Below, piece by piece: positions 1 to 8,439 of a stretch of 55,101 nucleotides of DNA (within the stretch, counting starts at the first letter, position 1; every line of letters starts with the position of its first letter). Both the position numbers and the translations under genes were made by a program. Source of the DNA: a virus (taxonomy: Duplodnaviria; Caudoviricetes); IMG/VR virus record IMGVR_UViG_3300024265_000006, positions 1-55,101 of that record; one strand, written 5' to 3'. The notes beneath the pieces were generated by a model. The model worked only from the letters and a program-made list of their open reading frames with translations, did not search any database and had not been told where the DNA came from.

Positions 1-127
1 ACTTTGTTCAATTTTTTGTGGCTTATTGTATCCTTCCATATCTGCCAGCTGCTTCATTGCAGCAAGTGGGGAGTGCTGCTTAATTTTAAATCCTTCCTTG
101 CCGGCGGTCACTTCGGCGATTGAGGCC
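1..127. repeat. Terminal direct repeat, left copy (assembly circularisation overlap)
   Basis: 1-127 is identical to 54975-55101; the length matches a common k-mer size and the repeat lies inside the terS frame. Confidence 0.95.
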
Positions 128-528
128 ATGGCGTTAGGGTCTTGCTGCGCTGATTCTTTTATTGCCCAAATCGTTTGTTCCGTTGGGTTGCCTTCATCGT
201 CCTTAGACTCACTCACGCTCCATTCAATTAAATCTGACATATTTACCCGCGAAAGATTAGAAAGTCTCTCTAGCATCTCCTGACGAGTCATGACGGCTGA
301 ACTGACGGCTTCCTGACTCATTGAGTCTAGAAATTTCTTAACCTTAGCATTTCTTAGCATCCTACTTACTATCGATTCTGCGGACGCTCTGTTTTTTGCC
401 TTTCCTTTCCCTGCGTAATAAGCATCAATGTCACTCATGCCTGCAATGACATTTATCGCAACTCTTTTTTGCAGCGGCGCTAAATCATCGAGCATTTTCT
501 TTTGCTCATCAGTCATCTCTCTACCCAT
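1..528 (-). CDS. terS: Terminase small subunit, 5' part (continues across the junction to 54894)
   Basis: Hand translation from ATG 528 (or 516): MGREMTDEQKKMLDDLAPLQKRVAINVIAGMSDIDAYYAGKGKAKNRASAESIVSRMLRNAKVKKFL...MTRQEMLERLSNLSR. It is open into the 54894-55085 ORF and lies directly upstream of terL. Confidence 0.88.
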   Translation of the reverse strand, partial: MGREMTDEQKKMLDDLAPLQKRVAINVIAGMSDIDAYYAGKGKAKNRASAESIVSRMLRNAKVKKFLDSMSQEAVSSAVMTRQEMLERLSNLSRVNMSDLIEWSVSESKDDEGNPTEQTIWAIKESAQQDPNAMASIAEVTAGKEGFKIKQHSPLAAMKQLADMEGYNKPQKIEQS

Positions 529-579
529 AAGGCGCGCCTGATTTAACAAACGCTTTATCGGTTAGCTTTGTATTTGCCA

Positions 580-837
580 TTAGTTAGCCTTCGGAGATTT
601 GTTTTTGTTTATATAATCAATTGCTTTTTGTCCTATTAGTTTTGGACTATTCCAGAACTGTATATAAGATCGATCATCCAAGCCGTGACCACAACAAGCG
701 TTCATTATCCATTTGTTCGGTAGGGTACCAGTACAACCATCATGTCCATCTTTGGTTGGCGGTTTCTTACATTTTGCGCAAATACCATACTGACCACTAC
801 CAGCCATTTCTGGCGTATACATGTTATCTTTACGCAT
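580..837 (-). CDS. Cys/His-rich hypothetical protein (CxxC...HDGC...NACCGHG)
   Basis: 85-aa ORF with a probable metal-binding motif; broken paralog at 4087-4364. Confidence 0.7.
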   Translation of the reverse strand: MRKDNMYTPEMAGSGQYGICAKCKKPPTKDGHDGCTGTLPNKWIMNACCGHGLDDRSYIQFWNSPKLIGQKAIDYINKNKSPKAN

Positions 838-871
838 AATAAACCCTCATTGATTATTAATGGTTAGTGTA

Positions 872-1462
872 TCACTTTATTGGGGATAATAAAAAACCCG
901 CCATGTCATGCTCGGGCTTCGCTTTATAAGTGTTGCGTAGTGCGACCAACAGTTGATCAAACCAACTGTCCGGCATGTCACCTGGGTCAAGCCCCTCAGG
1001 TAGAAAGATTGCTTCATCGGCAACCGTAGCAAGTTTCTTTCCTGCATTGTCGCCCTCACATAACGCCACCGTCCAGTAACCGAGACTTTTTAGCCAAGAT
1101 GCGAGGTGCTTAGGGTTATTTGTTAAAGTAGCAAGGGCATTCGCACCCTTTTGATGCAAGGGTGCGGCGTCAAAGATGCCTTCGACTAAAAACACTATAC
1201 GATTTAGAGGGTCCAATGTATCCAGGCCAAAGACTCCAAGTTTTGCTTTGCCGTCAACTTTACTTAATAGTGTGAAATATTTTGCTTCCGAAGGCCGTCC
1301 GTTAATCTTTTTTAACGCAAGAGGTCGGTATTGTTGAAAGCCCACGAGCTGACCTGAAAGATTCCATAAACCAAAGGTACAAATGTCCTCATGTTCATTC
1401 AACCAAACCCCCGAGTACAATCCTGGAGTTAACCTTCTTTGCTTTAAGTGCTCAACGATCAC
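872..1462 (-). CDS. Stand-alone TOPRIM-domain (primase-core-like) protein
   Basis: Motifs VFLVEGIFDA, LCEGDNAGKK and LPEGLDPGD match TOPRIM; no zinc-binding or helicase domain. Confidence 0.8.
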   Translation of the reverse strand: MIVEHLKQRRLTPGLYSGVWLNEHEDICTFGLWNLSGQLVGFQQYRPLALKKINGRPSEAKYFTLLSKVDGKAKLGVFGLDTLDPLNRIVFLVEGIFDAAPLHQKGANALATLTNNPKHLASWLKSLGYWTVALCEGDNAGKKLATVADEAIFLPEGLDPGDMPDSWFDQLLVALRNTYKAKPEHDMAGFLLSPIK

Positions 1463-1623
1463 AATTTATCCTCCAACTCATTAACCTGACTAACTAGCGT
1501 TTCGTGCTTTGGGTGGCTTGGTTTTTCTCGCGCCCGATAAGTCCTCAAAGCGATATCTTGAAGTTTGCAGAACTCATTAAGGTTGTAGCCCTTGTTTTTA
1601 ATCTTTCGAGTTAGTGTATTCAT
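1459..1623 (-). CDS. Small 54-aa protein, possible HTH (not in ORF track)
   Basis: Hand translation MNTLTRKIKNKGYNLNEFCKLQDIALRTYRAREKPSHPKHETLVSQVNELEDKL; overlaps the cca end, and its TGA overlaps the GTG start of the TOPRIM gene. Confidence 0.6.
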   Translation of the reverse strand: MNTLTRKIKNKGYNLNEFCKLQDIALRTYRAREKPSHPKHETLVSQVNELEDKL

Positions 1624-2851
1624 TATATACTCCTCTTATTGCGTCAATTCTTGAAACTCTAATGGCCTCACCTATAGCCAACCCTGACTTACCTTGATTT
1701 AACATTTTTGTTGATATTTCTTTTGTATCAACTCGCTTAACTGCCATTATGCAATCCCACATATAATCCTTTTGTGGGTAAGGCTTGTTAGGGTGGTCGC
1801 CACCACGACCTTTAGCATCAGCCTCACAAGCCTCTAAAAAGTGATAAAACCTTGCCTTCTTATCTATCGCATTAGTTGCCGTAAATAAGTTCATTATTGA
1901 TTTTGGGCGCATGGGTTTGTTTGCTCCTCGACCTAAACAACCATGAACCTTTGTATGGTATTCACATGTAATCAATGCAAGATCGCGATAGCTATTAGGA
2001 ACCTTCCATTTCTCACAAAAGGATCTAATGACATCAAGGCCTTTTATTTCATGTTGCAATGCATTGCCCGTTTCGCTATATGACAAAGGCTTACCAAAGT
2101 CATGGCACAAGCCAGCAAAAGCAACATGCGAACCAAAATTATTCGCGGCATAATTAACAACCATGGCAGTATGTATACCAACATTACCTTCTGGATGATG
2201 CTCTTTGTTTTGAGGGGTGGACCATAAAGCGTCAACCTCAGGGAACAAACCAAGCTCTGATAAGTTTGTAAAAAACAATCCAGCTCTATGACCGCTTAGA
2301 GCTTTCTCCATTTCCTTCCAGACCCTTTCTGGCGTTAAACTATCTAGATCACCTTGACTAGCCATGCTTTCAATTTTAATCATGGTGTTATCATCGATAG
2401 ACCAGTAGCCATTTAATGTAGATTGAAATCTAAACGCCCTAAGAATCCGAACTGGATCATCATTAAACGCATCTGATACATGCCTGATGATTTTATCGTT
2501 AATATCTGAGATACCTTGAAGTGGATCTATGTATTCACCAGTTTCGATATTTTTAGCTATGGCGTTAATAGTCAAGTCTCTACGGGATAAATCGTCCATA
2601 AGAGTTACGTCTTTGCCAAAATAACAATCGAAATCTTGGTATTTATCACCCGTGCTTTCTTCTGTTCTGGCTAGCGCATATTCATCGCCAGACTCAGGGT
2701 GTAGAAATACAGGGAAGTTGGATCCGACCTGTTTAAATCCTTTTGACAACATCTCTTCAGGAGTACTACCAACAACAACGTAGTCGAAATCTTTAGATAC
2801 TAGACCCAATAGCGTATCTCTAACCGCCCCACCAACCAAGTAAATCTTCAT
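1598..2851 (-). CDS. cca: Multifunctional CCA tRNA nucleotidyltransferase with HD phosphatase domain
   Basis: Class II NTase motifs YLVGGAVRD, DFDYVV, EYALARTE, DLSRRDLTINA, DDPVRILR and TPERVWKE, plus HD domain HHPEG...H...LCHDFGK; 417 aa, collinear with gammaproteobacterial Cca. Confidence 0.96.
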   Translation of the reverse strand: MKIYLVGGAVRDTLLGLVSKDFDYVVVGSTPEEMLSKGFKQVGSNFPVFLHPESGDEYALARTEESTGDKYQDFDCYFGKDVTLMDDLSRRDLTINAIAKNIETGEYIDPLQGISDINDKIIRHVSDAFNDDPVRILRAFRFQSTLNGYWSIDDNTMIKIESMASQGDLDSLTPERVWKEMEKALSGHRAGLFFTNLSELGLFPEVDALWSTPQNKEHHPEGNVGIHTAMVVNYAANNFGSHVAFAGLCHDFGKPLSYSETGNALQHEIKGLDVIRSFCEKWKVPNSYRDLALITCEYHTKVHGCLGRGANKPMRPKSIMNLFTATNAIDKKARFYHFLEACEADAKGRGGDHPNKPYPQKDYMWDCIMAVKRVDTKEISTKMLNQGKSGLAIGEAIRVSRIDAIRGVYNEYTNSKD

Positions 2852-2859
2852 AAATCCCC

Positions 2860-2979
2860 CTAATCAATAATGATAAAGAAAGTAATCAATGAGCCGGCAA
2901 AAGCCCATCCTGAATTATACTCAGAACCAATCAAAGCTAAAGCAATGCAAAGCGCTGTGTATATCATTTTATTGTTCAT
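2860..2979 (-). CDS. 39-aa hydrophobic peptide
   Basis: Hand translation MNNKMIYTALCIALALIGSEYNSGWAFAGSLITFFIIID fills the gap and overlaps the upstream stop. Confidence 0.45.
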   Translation of the reverse strand: MNNKMIYTALCIALALIGSEYNSGWAFAGSLITFFIIID

Positions 2980-3239
2980 GATTCCAATACCGTAACCTCA
3001 ATAGCTCCGTCCTTGTTACTGACTATAATCAATTCGTAAAGAGGTGTACATTCCCCCTCAGAAAGCTCCCGAAACATAGGGGATAGACCCTCACACTCAA
3101 ACCTGCGCCCCGACCAAAGGTGTTCTACTCGAACCGGTACAAAAGATATTTCACTAAGAATAGTAGCCACTTCATCTGGGTTACTTCCTAATAGGTCACC
3201 AGATATGTAAATTTTGCCAATATTACGTTGTGTCATCAT
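2976..3239 (-). CDS. Hypothetical phage protein
   Basis: 87-aa ORF in a tightly packed leftward operon. Confidence 0.6.
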   Translation of the reverse strand: MMTQRNIGKIYISGDLLGSNPDEVATILSEISFVPVRVEHLWSGRRFECEGLSPMFRELSEGECTPLYELIIVSNKDGAIEVTVLES

Positions 3240-3241
3240 GA

Positions 3242-3574
3242 TTATTTAATCCTCTTGTTGTTAACCAATCTAAAATCCATTAGCCACTGGCGTAACCCGT
3301 TAAAGTTAGTGGGCGGTTCGATAACTTCTATTGTTTGGCCGTGTTGGTTTTCCCAAACTTGACCAGATCTAATGCCGATACCTTTTAATTTCTTCCTTAT
3401 CGATCTTTGTTGTTTCTTTGTGCTTGAAGTGATGTGCCAATTATTGCATTTGTCGCAGATATAAAACTTTACCTTACCGCTTATTCCTTTATGTCTGCTG
3501 GTGCCGCTTCCTCTGCAAAAATTAGCTACATCACCTTTACTAGCAAATGACATCTTTTGGCAAGACATATTCAA
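3242..3574 (-). CDS. Hypothetical protein with zinc-finger-like motif (C...YxCxxCxxWH)
   Basis: SCQKMSF...FYICDKCNNWHITS. Confidence 0.6.
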   Translation of the reverse strand: MNMSCQKMSFASKGDVANFCRGSGTSRHKGISGKVKFYICDKCNNWHITSSTKKQQRSIRKKLKGIGIRSGQVWENQHGQTIEVIEPPTNFNGLRQWLMDFRLVNNKRIK

Positions 3575-3910
3575 CTACCCTTTAGATTTAATGATGCATT
3601 CAAGGATTGCGCGGGGTAATTGGTCCACATCGTCATAATCTACGACATGTTTAATATCCAAGTCGTCGGCGTAACGTTTGCTTTCCAAAAAAACACACCT
3701 CATACTTTGATAATCAACCTCAATCTCATACTTAAGCATCAACGGACCAAGTAAAAGCCAGTTGGTTAGTGGGTTGTATTCGATGAAGTTATCGTCAATC
3801 AACCCTCGTCCTGTTGGGATGGTCGTGTCGCCAAACCGCATGACAGACTCGCCCACTTCGACACCCTCAAGCTCGGCTATCTTTTTACATAAAGTTAAGT
3901 CATCCATCAC
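3575..3910 (-). CDS. NinX/DUF2591-like phage protein
   Basis: LCKKIAELEG...YNPLTNWLLLGPLMLKYEI...LPRAILECII; paralog at 28099-28455. Confidence 0.6.
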   Translation of the reverse strand: MMDDLTLCKKIAELEGVEVGESVMRFGDTTIPTGRGLIDDNFIEYNPLTNWLLLGPLMLKYEIEVDYQSMRCVFLESKRYADDLDIKHVVDYDDVDQLPRAILECIIKSKG

Positions 3911-4083
3911 TTACCCCTCCAAGACTTCGGATAGCCCGGGAAAGTTAACATCACTATGAACACAACAATTTGTATAACTACGGCAATAGCCATCCCGCTG
4001 CTTCTAACAAACTCGTTCCCCCCTACCCAGTAAATAAATAGAACTATTAAGCTAATTAAAAAGCTTACGATTATAATTTTCAT
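3907..4083 (-). CDS. 58-aa membrane protein with two hydrophobic segments
   Basis: Hand translation MKIIIVSFLISLIVLFIYWVGGNEFVRSSGMAIAVVIQIVVFIVMLTFPGYPKSWRGK; overlaps the next start. Confidence 0.55.
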   Translation of the reverse strand: MKIIIVSFLISLIVLFIYWVGGNEFVRSSGMAIAVVIQIVVFIVMLTFPGYPKSWRGK

Positions 4084-4086
4084 CAC

Positions 4087-4364
4087 TTACCCACCCTTTA
4101 GTTTCTTAATTAATTTTTTGGCCAATCGACCGTTAACTATTCGCGTACTCGGTAATTGAATATAAGCAGCTGAAGTTAAGCCATGGCCACAACAAGCATT
4201 CATAACGCCAGGCAACCATCGTGTTTTTCTTTTGTTGGTTCCAAGCCACAACGACCGCATGACCGCCAAACTTCATCAGATACCAACTGCTTATTGTCCG
4301 AGTAAACAAAACTGCCATTAATGTTGATTTCGATTTGGTGGCCTTTGCGTTGTGGCTTGGTCAT
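4087..4364 (-). pseudogene. Frameshifted paralog of the 580-837 Cys/His protein
   Basis: One frame from ATG 4364 reads ...CGRCGLEPTKEKHDGC then stops; another continues LPGVMNACCGHGLTSAAYIQL. About 10 nt appear to be missing at GGTTGCCTGG (~4209-4218). Confidence 0.7.
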
Positions 4365-4530
4365 TACTTAGTCCTTTAAATATTCAACCGTGCCATTCAT
4401 CCGCGCAATCTTAACAACCTTTGGCTTGCGATTGTTACGATCTGCTATCTGCCACATTGAGTTGCCGGTGATAGCCTTGCTTTTGATTGCGCTTTTGTTT
4501 ATGAGTAAATCTAATTTAACTTCAAACATA

Positions 4531-5649
4531 TTACTTACCTACCCATTTAACGCCGTGAATCTTACCGGCCTTGATTTCTTCAATTAAAAGCTTGGCATCG
4601 TCGTTTTCTTCAAAATACTCATTAATATATTGACTAGCGTTGTCTTCGTCTGTCTGGATTGGTTCAATTTTACCCTCATCACAAACGCTTAAATGATCGG
4701 ATCTAACATTTTCCATATCAACGTATCGGCCAATAATGCACGATGAGCTAATGCCAACGTACTCACATCGCTTACCAACATCATCTAAGTAGTGCATACC
4801 GATAGTTAACCGACTGCCAGAGTCTTTCATTGCCTGGGTGAATACTGGGGTTTCTACGACCGACGGTCCGTCATCTTCCGATTCATTTACTAGCGCCTTA
4901 GAAATAACCGAGTCGTTTGGTGTTTTGACTGAATCAAAATCAATATCACCACTAAGATTATTTAACTCAATAAATGCCGCGGCCATATCAGCAGCAGGAG
5001 TGGCCCAGTTGCTAGCGCTGAATGTTATAGGCTCTTTCATTGACGTTAACCAGCCAGCGAATGCGTAAAGCGCCGTAGCTGCGTTAATTTCTTTTTCAAT
5101 ATAATCAGGCTTCTTGCCGATTGGCGGCTTCCATAGCTCGGATCCGTGATATGAGTAACCTAAATTACCCAAAGTTTTTACCGCGGCTTTTTCGATGTTG
5201 GCTTTTTCATAATGCTCACCGTCGTTACCGTTCATTGTGATGTTATCCATCCGTTTAGCCTCCTGCTCTAGTTGCTCTGCTTGGTATTGTTTTAGCATTG
5301 ATTCTTTGTTAGGTTTCCATGTTTCGCCAACACCAATAGCTCCGCCTTCACCTTCCCAAAAGACAGATGAAGCGGGGATGTTTTCGCACAAATGATCGAA
5401 ATCAACATTAATCATCACATCATCACCCACTGGCTGCGTTCCGGTGTTTGGGCGGTCTGCGAATGATACGACGAAATAATCATTATCATGAATTGTAACG
5501 CCAGTGTATTTAAGGTTAAATGCCGCAGCTTGATCTTCTTCGTCAATCTCGAAGCTCTCATCTATTGATTCGGAATATAGAATATCGCCCAATACAAAAG
5601 GCGTAATCTTTCGGCTAAAATCGATTGGAATCATTGTTTTAGTGTCCAT
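4531..5649 (-). CDS. Hypothetical acidic, probably mosaic, phage protein
   Basis: 372-aa ORF with no recognised catalytic motif. Confidence 0.7.
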   Translation of the reverse strand: MDTKTMIPIDFSRKITPFVLGDILYSESIDESFEIDEEDQAAAFNLKYTGVTIHDNDYFVVSFADRPNTGTQPVGDDVMINVDFDHLCENIPASSVFWEGEGGAIGVGETWKPNKESMLKQYQAEQLEQEAKRMDNITMNGNDGEHYEKANIEKAAVKTLGNLGYSYHGSELWKPPIGKKPDYIEKEINAATALYAFAGWLTSMKEPITFSASNWATPAADMAAAFIELNNLSGDIDFDSVKTPNDSVISKALVNESEDDGPSVVETPVFTQAMKDSGSRLTIGMHYLDDVGKRCEYVGISSSCIIGRYVDMENVRSDHLSVCDEGKIEPIQTDEDNASQYINEYFEENDDAKLLIEEIKAGKIHGVKWVGK

Positions 5650-5734
5650 TTCGTTGCCTTGTGGCTGCGCGTATTTAGTGGTGCCATTTACCGTGTGAAA
5701 TTCGCGTCTTTCGTATTATCGTAAGTAAAATTGT

Positions 5735-5932
5735 TCATTTTGCGCCCACCTTAGCGTTAGCTGGAATTCCTGTAATGCCATCAATTTTTAGTATTGCATC
5801 AATGGTACCTAATATGTGCTTAATTAAAACAGGGTCATAACATAACTTACCATCCGCGCCACTTTCGCCCTGACTGTTCAGTGCGTTTCTGCACCCGATT
5901 AAATAACTTACTCTTTCGCTTTTCTTGCTCAT
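5735..5932 (-). CDS. Hypothetical protein
   Basis: 65-aa ORF with an AAGGAG RBS. Confidence 0.55.
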   Translation of the reverse strand: MSKKSERVSYLIGCRNALNSQGESGADGKLCYDPVLIKHILGTIDAILKIDGITGIPANAKVGAK

Positions 5933-5974
5933 TCATTACTCCTTTATTTTCTTAATTAATTTATTTCAAATATT

Positions 5975-6217
5975 CTAACCAGCAATCTGTGCTCTTATTT
6001 TTTTTCTAGCCATTTGAATGGCGTGATCGATCAAATCAATCATGGCATCATCGCCTTCTGGTGTTAATTCTGTTGAAAATGCATATGGACCTCGGCCGCG
6101 TGACCATTTCCATTCAAGAACCAAATTACCGCGTGAGCTTGTCTTAAGTTGTGTAAAGCACTCAACGGGACAGGCTGACTCCATCTTTTGAAGTATATCT
6201 ATTATGTTTTTAATCAT
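5975..6217 (-). CDS. Hypothetical protein
   Basis: 80-aa ORF with an AGGAG RBS; first gene after the 6284-6312 promoter. Confidence 0.6.
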   Translation of the reverse strand: MIKNIIDILQKMESACPVECFTQLKTSSRGNLVLEWKWSRGRGPYAFSTELTPEGDDAMIDLIDHAIQMARKKIRAQIAG

Positions 6218-6283
6218 GGTCGCTCCTGCTTGTATTGATAGTTATGGCCTTAGTGTTTAAGGCTTATTGTTATTTACTTAATC

Positions 6284-6312
6284 ACATTAAACCTTATTCT
6301 CCACTGCGTCAA
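6284..6312 (-). promoter_or_regulatory. Sigma70-like promoter TTGACG-17-TAATGT with GAATA spacer motif
   Basis: Near-identical architecture to the promoters at 9602-9630 and 14066-14093. Confidence 0.7.
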
Positions 6313-6354
6313 TAGCCTTTATGTGAAAGAATTCATTAATTAATAACGGTTTAT

Positions 6355-6606
6355 TTATTTGCCACTTAGCTTGACGTAACAATCATTAGAATGACCGCCA
6401 GCGACCGCTCCATCCCTTTGGGGGCAAGATAGGTAGACCACATCGCCATTCACTGTTTTTAGCTCAAGCCCTACCCAGTTTGAGCCTGGCTTATCATCTT
6501 CATGTTGCGGCTCTTTATTGGCTATTGATATAATCACGTATAATAAAAAAACAATAGGTGATGCGACCATTGCCCATAGCGCCAAATTTAAAGGTTTCAT
6601 TTTCAT
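6355..6606 (-). CDS. Hypothetical protein with N-terminal TM segment
   Basis: LALWAMVASPIVFLLYVIISI followed by a small Cys-pair domain. Confidence 0.6.
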   Translation of the reverse strand: MKMKPLNLALWAMVASPIVFLLYVIISIANKEPQHEDDKPGSNWVGLELKTVNGDVVYLSCPQRDGAVAGGHSNDCYVKLSGK

Positions 6607-6797
6607 TGGTTACCCCTTTATTTATTTTCAGCTTTAATTATATTTGTGGCAATACAGTTATTAATGAAGGTTCTATTCTTGTAGCCTGCTGGCAATAATG
6701 TTATTGCGAAATTTATTAACCAGATGGCCACCTTAATGCTTATTTGCTTGTGCATTGTCATTGTTGTTCCTTATTTATTTTTAAACATTAGTATCAA

Positions 6798-7163
6798 TTA
6801 TATTTTCAATTCCGCTTCATATTTTTCCGTTGAGCTCTGAATTTTTCTAATTATGTATTCGTTGTATTTTTCGACAAATAAGTTAACTGCCGCTCTGGAC
6901 GCTCTATTTTTGCCTTCCATGCCGCCCGTATAATCACTTATTGAAGAGTAAGGGTGGTTAGCGGTCCAGACGGTTCGGGTAACGCCAGTGGAGTTATTTG
7001 TTAAGCTTATGGTGTGCTCTTTACAATCAGAAAAAGAGAATTCACCGCTTAATGTTGTACCGAGCCACCAATCCCAGATATCACAATACGTCCCTTGGTA
7101 AAATCCCATTAATCTTAATACCAAAATTTCATGCATCCAGCTTACGCTTTTTAGTTTTTTCAT
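6798..7163 (-). CDS. Hypothetical protein
   Basis: 121-aa ORF with a GGAG RBS. Confidence 0.6.
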   Translation of the reverse strand: MKKLKSVSWMHEILVLRLMGFYQGTYCDIWDWWLGTTLSGEFSFSDCKEHTISLTNNSTGVTRTVWTANHPYSSISDYTGGMEGKNRASRAAVNLFVEKYNEYIIRKIQSSTEKYEAELKI

Positions 7164-7213
7164 TATTTATTCTCCAATTATTAAATTTAAATAGTGGTCA
7201 TTAGATACGTTAG

Positions 7214-7732
7214 TTATGGGCGCCAATCTGTTTCCCACTGGTTAATTTTCCCAACATTACAGTCCTCACATAATATTTGTAGGTTATTAAGATCTAATGC
7301 CGATTCGGGATGAGTTGATTTCGGTAAAATGTGATCAACATGCATTGTCAGACCATCCGACGGAGATCCGCCGCAACAACAGCATTTATTTCCGTACTTC
7401 TCAAACGCCTGGTATCTTAATATTTTCCAAGATCTGCTATTAAAGAACTCCTTTCTTGTTCTGTTAACCACTACGCAAGGCTTTTTAGTTTTTAGAAATG
7501 CCAACCTTCTTGCTAGCGACTTTATTTGCTGATTAGGGTGTATGTCACCCCTTACTACAACATCAAGCTTTGCTGACACACAAATAACTAATTCAAGCGT
7601 TGAGTATTTGCTTTTTGGCAAGCCAACGAATGAAGCACATTTTGCTATGGCGTCATCGATAGCGTTTAGGTTAGTAACCCTTCTTGCTTGCCGCTTTGCC
7701 TTCTTCTCTGATTTACTCAACTTAACTTTCAT
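7214..7732 (-). CDS. HNH endonuclease with basic N-terminal extension
   Basis: FFNSRSWKILR...CCCCG...HVDHILP...NLQILCEDCNVGK is a Zn-binding HNH signature; the first ~95 aa are Lys/Arg-rich. Confidence 0.92.
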   Translation of the reverse strand: MKVKLSKSEKKAKRQARRVTNLNAIDDAIAKCASFVGLPKSKYSTLELVICVSAKLDVVVRGDIHPNQQIKSLARRLAFLKTKKPCVVVNRTRKEFFNSRSWKILRYQAFEKYGNKCCCCGGSPSDGLTMHVDHILPKSTHPESALDLNNLQILCEDCNVGKINQWETDWRP

Positions 7733-7744
7733 ATTTAACCTCTT

Positions 7745-8200
7745 GAATAGATTCTTAGCGATATTAACCCTATACCAATAAAGGCATTAGGTAATATCAC
7801 AAAACTCTTGAATGAGTTCCCACGCGGCTAATATCTACCATAATTGTATTAGCTTGCCAGCCTTCCGCTTAATGAAGCGTCCTGTTAACTTGCTCTGGCT
7901 TTATTACTCAAGCGCTAGTTTGTAACTAAAGTTCTACTAGCTTTAAACCATAAAAGAACTGAGAGCATTACTGCCGACATATAAAGAATGGTCGAGTGGT
8001 AGAGGGGTGATTTAATTTGATGTGGTTTTGAATTGAACTTTGATTTGATGCACTGTTTACTTTCGTAAGGGCAATAAAAAAGGCCAATTGCTAAGTCCGA
8101 TACACGGGGTAGAGATATACATGTAGGAGTTTTCCCGCATGTATAAGACTTAACAATTAACCCTATGTATATTCTCTAATTAAACTAGGCCTCCTACAGC
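7745..8200 (-). ncRNA. Candidate structured noncoding leader RNA upstream of the HNH gene
   Basis: No ORF over 60 aa on the transcribed strand; at least eight predicted stems, one followed by U6; lies downstream of a consensus-like promoter. Confidence 0.5.
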
Positions 8201-8209
8201 CACAAAACA

Positions 8210-8238
8210 ATTATATCAAACTAGCGTTTATCCTTCAA
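8210..8238 (-). promoter_or_regulatory. Sigma70 promoter TTGAAG-17-TATAAT with extended -10 TG
   Basis: Minus strand reads ttgaag gataaacgctagtttga tataat. Confidence 0.75.
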
Positions 8239-8247
8239 CTTTTGAAT

Positions 8248-8439
8248 TTACTTATCACCCCGAGATAGAATGTAGATATTAGCAATGTTCATCATAATAA
8301 AATACGCAGCTCTACTAGGGCTTGACCAATTAGAAATCCAGAAATAATTAATATCCCATGCTATAAATGCCGCAACTACACACATTAAAAAGTGGCACAT
8401 AATTAATTTAACAACCCACAATAATGTCACATTCTTCAT
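8248..8439 (-). CDS. Small membrane protein
   Basis: 63 aa with two hydrophobic segments. Confidence 0.55.
   Translation of the reverse strand: MKNVTLLWVVKLIMCHFLMCVVAAFIAWDINYFWISNWSSPSRAAYFIMMNIANIYILSRGDK

Noticed and set aside
5633-5738. Possible small gene with an internal TAA (MNNFTYDNTKDANFTR*MAPLN...)
   Set aside because: Too short, and no homolog in the window to support a pseudogene call.
7542-7781. Plus-strand ORF overlapping the HNH gene and its leader
   Set aside because: Mostly antisense to the HNH gene with no RBS or motif; it does not explain the noncoding leader.
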